The position numbers and the translations under genes are program-made. This document shows positions 48,593 to 57,641 of a stretch of DNA of 64,000 nt, one piece after another. The notes under the pieces are model-generated. The model was given only the letters and a program-made list of their open reading frames with translations. It made no database searches and was not told the DNA's origin. Position 1 is the first letter of the stretch. Each line of letters starts with the position of its first letter. Source of the stretch: Neophaeotheca triangularis (taxonomy: Eukaryota); the NCBI GenBank assembly GCA_054600435.1, contig BAAIJX010000038.1, positions 62,001-126,000 on the forward strand, given 5' to 3'.

Positions 48593-49961
48593 AGAAGCAA
48601 GGTCTCAAATCGCCATTCCAAGGAGGGAGTGGGACAATTGACAAGGTGTGGGAGTTTTTGAATGTTGGTTTCCTGGGGGCTGGTTGGCTGGCTGGCTGGC
48701 TTGCGGATTTGTCTTGTTGATGATTGGCGTAGCTACAGATTCGTGGGTTTGTGGTTCGGGATGGGAAGCAGTTTTTCGGGTTTTCGTCTTCGAAAAGGAA
48801 ATGTCGAGGGGGAACTTTGATCCCGTTTTAATTTTTTTCAGACACCGGCGGAATGGCTGGGCTGGGGTTTGCGAGGAGCCAACCGAGATTTTGTCGATGT
48901 TTGGAGGGTATGCCCTTTTGCGTTTGCGCAAGGCTGTGGATAGGGGGATTTCTTTCTTTATCGAAAGGCGTCATTATCCACTGTCGATGCTATGAAAGGG
49001 AAGACAAGGGAGGGATGCAATGGAATAGGGATGGATCGGGGGGTTTTGGACGGCCTCTGGTGGTCGAAGGTTCATTGCTAGGGATGGCGTCTTATCTGTC
49101 TGTTGCTTTGGGTCATTGGTGCTGGCTTGTCGCGGGGTTGGATGGATGTCACTCGTGGACGCTTCGTTAATTACTCTTGCCTGTTGCCTTGCCTTGCTTG
49201 CTTGCTTTTATCATGGGTCATCAAGAGGTGGGGGCAGAGTCAAGGGCGGGTTGTTGGGTTGGGATTAGTAGGGTTCGGTTGTGCGTTACTGGGTTAGGTC
49301 AGGTTAGGTAGTTTGATATGGGTTCAAAATGGGATTGCTTTTCTTTCCTTTTTGGTTGGTATTGGTTCATTTGAAGATTGCGCGGTTGATGTTATGTTGT
49401 GTTGATTCCCTGGGACTTACGAGATCTCTATTACCTTGTCCGTGGACTATATGAGAGTAATGTCCTCTACATCTATACGTAGTGAGGCTCTCTAAACGCT
49501 AGAGCGAGTAAAGTGAATATGAAACGTTCCTGCCTAATAGATAAGGCACGCACCCAACCCCAGAAAAAAAGCCAATTCGGCTAGGTAACCATCCTCCTGA
49601 CATCAAAACAGCAACAGATATTGGGCAAAACAGCGGCAAAACAGCGACGCTACGGGTACTCCCGTTGCGGTTTTGCTGTCCACACCTTGGTAACCTAAAG
49701 TAGTACAACAGTACCCTACCTTAGTAATCAGCGGCAAAGCTGGTCCCAGCGCTTCAAGCTAACCCTTTACGGCTTTGGGGATGTTGCAGCGTGTCTTCTG
49801 TAGATGCGAGCTCGCTACAACCACAGCTACGACTTCCAATCATCTCAAACTATACCCGCCTACACAATCCACACAACTCCATCTCCAAAGCCATTGCCCT
49901 GAGATTGACGACTTCGAGCTCGCGAAGATACCGTAATCGACACCACCGCCCTCCCTTCACA

Positions 49962-50846
49962 ATGGTACGTCAACCCCCATCCCATCTCCCATCTCCTTTT
50001 CCCGCGCACGCCGGCGGCCACGACAACCGCCCAAACTCCCCCAGCAACCTCTTCCCCCCCTCCATCCCAACACCTCACCCAACCACACCCAGCTAACCCC
50101 CCCCCGCGCTCACAGTCCGACGCCAACCCCGCCTCCCCGCCCACTTCGGCCACGAGCACAGGCGCGCGCCCGGCTTCCCCGAAACCTCCCGGCGGGCCCG
50201 CGACGGCTATCCGCCGCAAGGCCGCCGCCGATCGCGCCGACAAGGTTGCCAATGCCCGGCCTTCGAGCACTAGAGCTGCTGGCGCTGGCGGGAGTAGTAG
50301 TACTATGTTGCGTGAGTTTTTTGGATTTCTTTTTCTTTTCTTCTTTTCTTTTTTTTTGAGAGGGGGAGGGTTTTGGGTTTTGTTGGGGTTTGCGGTGTTG
50401 GGGTTTGCGGTGTTGGAAGCCTTGGGGGTGGGATAGGCGGGACTGGGATGGGTGGGGGTGGGGATGAGGGGGACTTTGGTTTTGAGGATGGGGTGGGTGG
50501 TGTTCAGGGCGAGGAGCCGGGGGAGGGGAGGAAATGCAAGAGATGGGATATTGAGGCTGGGGGAAAATGAGGATTTCGAGGGTTTGCGGTTTTGGTCAGA
50601 GGGTCTTTTGCTGACTTCTTCTATCACTCACACAGGTCTCTACACCGATGAGTCGCCCGGTTTGAAGGTCGATCCCTTTGTCGTCATGGTCTTGTCTATT
50701 GGCTTCATTATCAGTGTTGTCATGCTGCACAGTGAGTTCTATCTATCAATGCTTCTCGGATGGGAAGGGGAAAGGGGATGGAATGGTTGGATTGCTGACA
50801 CCCTCACCCAGTCCTCGCCAAGGTCTCGAAGCGCTTTTCGTCGTAG
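49962..50846 (+). CDS. SBH1: Protein translocon subunit Sec61 beta, 4 exons
   Basis: ATG-only first exon; introns 49965-50115, 50312-50635, 50732-50811; spliced product '...[54 protein letters not shown]'. Confidence 0.93.
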
Positions 50847-51991
50847 AAAAGCTAGTCTTACGGAGAAGGGAATGCGACAAGCTAGCGAATCGCAGCATCG
50901 TCAAGCGTGCCCTTGGGGACGCCGCGATTTCCCCAGTCTGGGGAGGAGGGAAACCCGTTGTCTTTTATTCGGGTTTGGCTAGAAGATCAATCCTCTTACT
51001 GCGCGATGTCGGTACAGCAGAACTCCCGTGTGGTGAGGGAGGCAAGGCGTTATTTGGACTTTGACATGGCGGAGGAAAGACTTCGCCCCAGCGGGTTTGG
51101 GGGTGGAGAGTAGCTTTCGTCTATATCTTGGTGTACTATTATACATCTGCTGGTGATGAATTTTGGGTGGTCTTTCTTGTGTTACACATTCAAATGTGAG
51201 GATTTCTGGTTATCATCTGGAACGAGATGCCGACAGCTCCTCGCCCAGGTTCGTAGTATTGATACAGGGAAGAGTGTATTGCATGGCGAGGCTTCTGAAC
51301 AAATTACACGTTACATGTCGCCAGCTACGTTCTACCGGCACGCAACCCATAAACAATACCAAACTGTAGAGATTGATTTCCTGATCAAAATCCGCCCAAC
51401 AGAGTCCAATGCGTCCAACAGCGCGGAGTTGATACCAACTAGAGTTAGTTTAACCCCTCCCCTGACGTCGGACTCACGAATTAATGGACGATTAAATCGA
51501 ATCCCGACGGCAGAGTCGAAGTTACATTTACAATGCTCCAATCCCGATGGCGAAGAGTCTATAGCAGGCTGTCGAAACTGCAGGTCTTAATGCATTTGAT
51601 TAGGCTTATTGGGAGGCAGGTGGCTGGGCAACTTGGCTCAAGAGACGTGATCGGGGGAACGAGTTTTCGCCGGGCCTTTTTCGCGACTTGCCATCATTAT
51701 GTACTTCTCGAGGTCTCTTTACCAGCTACATAGTAATTGGCGAGTTGATGCCCGTAGCCTTGTTGTCCCTGATTTGAATCTGGTGAATCCCGCTTCGCTA
51801 AGGTGCTGTTTTCTCGGAATTGATTTTTTTGACAATATAGTTTTAAAACCAGCTTGACTTCCAACGGTCGCGTGGTCCCAATCTGTTGCCCCCTAACTCA
51901 AGGTGACTCGGCCTGGTCTTGGAAAAAAAAGAGACGGAGAGACAGCGATGAAATGTGAGACATAAAAGCGCCAAGATATGCAATTGACTAA

Positions 51992-54111
51992 CTATTCGTC
52001 CTCGTCCGGCAGTTCCTCGCCGTACATGGTCTGCTCGTGGAAACGTTGGTGTATATGCTGAAGGGTATATCGGTAGCGGTGTGGTTCTCGAAGGCAGCCT
52101 TGCGGGTGCTCAAAGTTTTCGAGATCCGTGAAGCGATTGAGAAGTGACCACAGCGACGACCAACACGACTGCTCTGTTGTTTCAAAGCAGAGTGGCCCCC
52201 CCACCCCCACTCCGTACTCTGAAGCGACCAGACCCGACTTGAACATGGCCGATGTGCTCGGGTTGTAGCCTCTTGAAGATCCCTCGGCGAGGAGTGTGCG
52301 CTGCGCCTCGGTCGGTTTGTAGTCGTCGGTGGGAATCACAGCGCATCTGAAGGGCAGTGTTGTCGCGTCAGGGCCTCCGACATCCCAAAGCATCAGGCGA
52401 GGTTCGAAGCTTGCATCTAGCCGGCGGAAGGTTGCGGCGGACATGTTTGGTCCGGCGAAACCAGCCTCAGCATGCTGTGTATAGTAGGAGATTGGTACGA
52501 GCTCAGTTTGCGAGGGCAGGTGGTGGCAGCATTTGGGAGGCTTCGCGTGCTGGAAGAAAGCCAAGCTTTCCTCCGGAGTCCATCGATAGCGACAGTACCC
52601 AAAGTCTCCGAGTGGATGGCTGGTAGCGAGGACCACGAGAAGGCCGGCACGTCTATGCAGGCGTCAGCAAATCACACCACGAACGCTCAAGGGACCCGCG
52701 CTTACTTCCTAGCGCATTCGCTCATCAGCTGGTAGAAAAAGGTGCGGTGGCCTCGCCTCATCGCAACGGCCGACACATGACGCCCGTGAGTGGCAGACGG
52801 CGTCTTGCCGGCGAGTTCCGCAGGCTGCGGTTCATCCTCCTCGGGCTCCTGCCGATAGTTGCGCAGAGGTCGCTCACCGATACGGCGAGGGCTCGGGGTA
52901 TCTGCCACGATGCGTTCGATCAACTTGAGCCAAGCGCCATCTCCATCTAGCACCACACGAAATTGCGCCAGATGTGGGAAACGGCTGAAATCCGTCTCCT
53001 TGTCCTGCTGTGTGTACCATTCGTCCGGCAGCTCTTTCTCGGGGATGAAGTAGATGACCGTTCGGATCGTCGGCGGTCCGGTAGAAAAGGTGAAGTGAAA
53101 CCAGAGAAAATCGAATCTGTACACCTGTCGTCAGCGCCAGGAGTCGCGGCCTCATACCAGCAGACTTGCACACCTATCGAACGCCGTAAAATAGTGCCGG
53201 CGGAGCGACCTATCACCGCGTGCGAGAGTGACCCTATTCAGACGCGAGTTCTCGGATCGCACGGTCGAGTCGATTTTGTGCTGCACGTAGTACTGCTTGC
53301 CGTCCAAGAGGATCTTGAGATCTGCGAGGCTGGGCTGATGGCCCACGAAGTCTATCTGTAACCGTGAAGTTGCGTCATGCCTTGACCAGCGGATGATCTC
53401 CAGTACCGCTTCGTACGCAGTGGCTTGGTCGGACGAGTCTGCCGGTCGAATGAATCTGGTGTCAGTGGTAAGGTGGGGCTCCCAATCGCCGTGCTCAACT
53501 CCCGTCCAAGGGTTGATATAAGAGTCCCCCCCACACGCATGCTCTTGAATCCGGCGAACTGCCTCGGTCACCAGTGCCAAAGGTACTCTGTACGGCGCAT
53601 TGCATTGATCGATGCCACCGTAAGCACTTGGCGGAAGACGGCATTGGCGGCTGATTGTGACCGCAACTTCACGCTTCCCGGAAGGGTCGTCCGTGTAGGC
53701 TGTAGTTTTTTCACGTAGTGCTGCTGCCACCTGATAGTAGTTCGGTATGATGTCGACAAAGGTTGTGTCGGCCGAGTTCATTCCGATGTAGAAGGCGACG
53801 TGCTGTCGCTGGCAAACAGGCGTGATATATCGTTGGTCCCCTGCTCTTTCCCCCACGCTGCTCTTGACGTCGAACAAAAGGAGCTCGCTTGCATCTGTGT
53901 GTCGTCGGTTGTGCAGGTCATAGAACCGGCTGGCGTAGCTTTCGCCGTCTTGGTAAGAGTTGCTGCAGTCTAAAGCGCCGTCAGCAAGGCCAAACTCAAA
54001 CGCCCTCACAACGAACGAAGAGTGCTTGAGTAACGAGAAGACGTCTGCCTCATAGGAAGCGCCATGGCATTGCAGAATGCGAGGACCGCCTTGTTCGAGA
54101 GGTTGGACCAT
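51992..54111 (-). CDS. Putative tandem PD-(D/E)xK (restriction-endonuclease-fold) protein, ~669 aa, 3 exons
   Basis: Introns 53117-53173 and 52653-52705 join three ORF-track fragments in frame. Repeat 1: YEAD..ADG..FDVKSS..VAFYIG..DIIP. Repeat 2: YEAV..LADL..VQHK..FDFLWF..YFIP. Repeat 3 is degenerate: LGDF..LMLWD..AVIP. Gene model is well supported; function is inferred. Confidence 0.6.
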
Positions 54112-54588
54112 CGCTTTGCGGCCTGTAGAGCTAGAGGGTCGGCGGCGACATGTGTGAAAACGATGAGGCAAGTCGAAACGCCGGAACAAACAACATTTGC
54201 GCAGATCCGGCTACGCGCATAAAAGGCCTGTAGTCAGCAGACAGGTGGGCTCGTGCGCAAGCATGATAGGAGGCTACGCTGAAAGAGATTTGGAGAGGGG
54301 AAGCTGAAAGCTGGCGTGATATTGAGTTCAAAGACTTCTCTATTTGCAAACTAACTGCGAAATGTCGAGCCTTGCTTGACCCGATCGAGCTAGCCTTGCC
54401 CAATCATGCCAATCAACCATATCTGCCCAATCGTTGCCGACGATGATCGAATGATCAAACCAAAGGTGGCCAACCAAACTTGGGGAAAACTGTTAGCATT
54501 CCGTGACGGGATAACATTATCGATGCTGGGGCACGAACCTTCACGTACCATGTGTTTGCTCTTGCGGGTTGTGGGAACGGGCTAGCGG

Positions 54589-55395
54589 CTACTGAGCCCA
54601 AACAATACCGAACCGGGCCTTGAACATGTCCTTCACGTGCTCGAACCTCTGGGCCGGTGTCGTTTTGGCGAAGTTCGTCGCATCCGCCAACTCATCGACC
54701 CAGCGCCATCCACGACGCCCGTCCGGCTGCTCGGTCCACGCCGACGTTGGCACGTCCGGCATGTTGATGTCCTTGGCGCGGAAGACGACATCGTCGGAGC
54801 CGGCGTACCGCATTTTCACAAGGAACTTGATCTTCTTGCTTTTGACGTGGAGGTACTGTTCGACGCGAACTTCGATGCCGACCCTGCCTGGCGTGGGGCT
54901 GCCGTGCATGTCCGTGACGACTTTGCCGGCGGAGTCCAGCATGGTGATGAGCTCCTCAGCAACCACCATCCATTTGCCATCATCGGCGACCTTGCTGTTG
55001 TTGCTGTTGTTGTTGGTGGTGCTGGTGTTTCCCTTCGCCCCGGCTTCCCCTTTGCCATCCCCGATCTCAGCAACATCAGAGTATCCGCCGTCGTCCTCGT
55101 TCCTCTTGCGCTTGGTGCCGCGTTGCTCTTGAGTCGTGTCCGAGTCCGTGGATGGAGAGACGTGCGAGGGGACTCCGGTGCCGTAAAGGCCAAAGTCTTT
55201 GGTGAGGTTGCCCGGCTTCATGGCTGACGAAGGCGGGGTGGCCGGTCCAAGGGGGCTAGTTGCGTTGACGTCGGTGGTGGAGGGGGAGGCGTTGGAGGGT
55301 TTGCCGGTGGCTTGGTTGATAGTGGTGGAGGAAGAGTTGGTGGGGGGTTTGACGGTGGAGGGTTTGGCGGTGGGGGGGTTGGTGGTGGTAGACAT
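54589..55395 (-). CDS. Orphan 268-aa protein: S/T/P-rich N-terminus, NLS-like KRKR, globular C-terminal domain
   Basis: Intronless ORF with ATG, C/G-ending codon bias and a protein-like C-terminus. Confidence 0.68.
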   Translation of the reverse strand: MSTTTNPPTAKPSTVKPPTNSSSTTINQATGKPSNASPSTTDVNATSPLGPATPPSSAMKPGNLTKDFGLYGTGVPSHVSPSTDSDTTQEQRGTKRKRNEDDGGYSDVAEIGDGKGEAGAKGNTSTTNNNSNNSKVADDGKWMVVAEELITMLDSAGKVVTDMHGSPTPGRVGIEVRVEQYLHVKSKKIKFLVKMRYAGSDDVVFRAKDINMPDVPTSAWTEQPDGRRGWRWVDELADATNFAKTTPAQRFEHVKDMFKARFGIVWAQ

Positions 55396-56060
55396 GTCGT
55401 GATGAATGGTTGTTGATAAGAGTGCAAGAAGCTGAAGGTGTAGTGATGAGAGAAGATGAGGAAATTGGAGAGAGTGGACGGCTAGTAATAGCTCGCAGGT
55501 GTTCTTACTTTGTACCGTGTCGCATCACAGATGCGTGAAGGGTGAAGCGCTGTCTCGGACGGTAAGGAACATGGGTTGTGCTGCCTGAGACGATGATACT
55601 CCCAGCAATCGCATGGCAGCGGTATTGGGGGGATGGTTTAGAGACGTGCCGCCTTCGTGCCGGTATAGGATTACTTCTTGAGTTATGTAGCTGCCTGGAA
55701 GTCGTTGTAACCAAAGCAATAATGCGAAGGCAGCCTCGAGAGAAATAGCGAGGAAGGTGAGGTCAGATGTCAGGATGTTGGAAGATTAGAACACAGTCAT
55801 CACCCGATCTCGCCGAGCTTCCCGAGCACGTGCCGAGCTACTCGCACGCTCGGCTAAGCAAATCCGAACAACTGCAACCCTCCTCAACACTATACAACAT
55901 AACAAATGATCCAGGAACAGACCCTGCGAAAGGCCTCAATTTCCCCTAGCTATGCGCTCGTGATGTCAAGAGGCTATCACCCGGCTCGTTAGTTCCACTC
56001 GGCCTTGTCTCTAGCGACTGAGTTGGTGGCTTACCTTCTGCTTGCTTCGTCGGATATCAT

Positions 56061-56627
56061 CTAATCGAGGTCCATCATGTCTTCTGACCAGTCGGCACTA
56101 CTCGGATCTTTGTCGTCCTCTGGATCGCTGGCTGTTTCGTCGGCCTCCTCTACCACGGTCGCGCCCATGTCCATATCAACGTCCGACAATTCCTCTCCGA
56201 CCCCGTCGTCTGGTTCATGTCGCGTCTCTGCCTTCTCGCCATCTCCCTTGGCGTCCACCACCGAATTCTCATCCTGACCCTGCTCTTCGCACTCGGAATC
56301 TGGCGTTGTGCTTGAAGCATCATCATCATCTTCCTCCTCGGCGTCCCCACCATACTCTTCGCTGCTGCTTGCTGCACTGCTGCTGTCACTTCCGCAACTT
56401 TCAGTCAGACACGAGACTAGCTTGTGGAGAGTTGCCGACAACTGAAGAGCATGCATGCGCGCTTTTTTGGCTTCCGCATAAGGTATCTCGTCCAAGATTT
56501 CGTCGATACCCAGGGCGTCGAGGTCTGTGATGAGGCTCGTGACTTTTGCAGCGGGGGTTGTCTTGAGTGTAGTCTTTTTCGTTGGAGGTTTTGCGTTCGT
56601 TTTCGGCATGTCGCACGGTGTGGACAT
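56061..56627 (-). CDS. Orphan ~188-aa protein: basic N-terminus, short helical core, long D/E-rich tail
   Basis: ORF with ATGs at 56627 and 56609; 'LITDLDALGIDEILDEIPY...LHKLVSCL' followed by an acidic tail. Confidence 0.55.
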   Translation of the reverse strand: MSTPCDMPKTNAKPPTKKTTLKTTPAAKVTSLITDLDALGIDEILDEIPYAEAKKARMHALQLSATLHKLVSCLTESCGSDSSSAASSSEEYGGDAEEEDDDDASSTTPDSECEEQGQDENSVVDAKGDGEKAETRHEPDDGVGEELSDVDMDMGATVVEEADETASDPEDDKDPSSADWSEDMMDLD

Positions 56628-57166
56628 CTCGAAGGCTGTAGCTGTCGTTTAGTGAGAGCACCTGCGAATGAGCATTGACATCGCGGTAGAAGAGCAGCGC
56701 CAAACGTGAAGGCGTTCTTCTGCAGCGTTTTTGTTGTTTCACATTCTCGCAAACGCAAGTCTCATCCATTGCCCGAAATATTGGTAGGGGGCGAGATTCG
56801 GCATAAGTTATAACTGATAGGGTGACTGGTAGTTTAAGACCAGACAGCAGCTGCGTATCTCGGCACATTTTTGCTTTGGTCTGTAGTAGATGCGGTAGAT
56901 AGAGGAGGAAGCTCGATACTTATATAAGGGCAGGACGTTGTAATACTGTTAAACTTGATCGAGTAGCATAGCTATATCATCGACAGTACTAGTTATACAA
57001 AGCGGGTGCCGTAGCTTAGATCCTCTCGAAGCGTTTACATTAATGCTAGAAAAAAAAAATTAACTATACACAGGCGCTTCCGGAAAGAAGGTGCAAGATT
57101 AGGTATAGTGCATAAGATGATGTTCAGAATAACTATCCCGAAGGGCGGACAAAAAAGTTGCAACGA

Positions 57167-57239
57167 TAGTTCTGCTGGGTGTCGAACCCAGGACCTTGCC
57201 CGTGTGAAGGGCATATCATAACCACTAGACTACAGAACT
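57167..57239 (-). tRNA. tRNA-Val (anticodon CAC), intronless
   Basis: Reverse complement folds as a cloverleaf: acceptor AGTTCTG/CAGAACT, anticodon arm TGCCC-TTCACAC-GGGCA, T-arm CTGGG-TTCGACA-CCCAG, discriminator A; T6 Pol III terminator at 57151-57156. Confidence 0.93.
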
Positions 57240-57641
57240 TCGGATACCATCGAAACGGTAAATTAAACTATATACACCAAATTCGTAGACGGAAACAGAA
57301 GGGTTTAGCTTCCTTACGATCTCTACGACACTTTTCGAAACTTGGACGATGCACTTTAAGGTTTTTGATTAAAGGCGAATAGCAAAAGTTAAATATATAG
57401 CTTAGCTTAGCTTAAAGCGTCGTCAGGATGCTGAGAGATTTGGGGATCCTGGCTAGCTGTACTGTCCAATACGCTGGTAGCAATGGTGTCGTACACCAGA
57501 CCCACCCTCGAGAGTTTCGCTGCTGCTTCCCTAGACCCGACCTCGGCACTTGAGTAGTAGCTGGCGTGTAAAGAGAGCTTCGGCAAAGTTGCTTCGGGAC
57601 ACAGGCTCTGAAGCATCACCGGAGTGCTGGTTGGAAGCTAC

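Noticed and set aside
49860..50627. 255-aa minus-strand ORF
   Set aside because: Antisense to Sec61-beta exon 2 and its low-complexity introns.
51992..54111. Frameshifted pseudogene or Spok-type meiotic driver
   Set aside because: The frame changes coincide with canonical introns, so the gene looks intact; no kinase domain or N-terminal coiled coil of the Spok architecture is visible.
56930..57420. RIP-degraded repeat around the tRNA
   Set aside because: AT- and TpA-rich but short, with no recognisable transposon remnant; AT-rich flanks are normal for tRNA genes.
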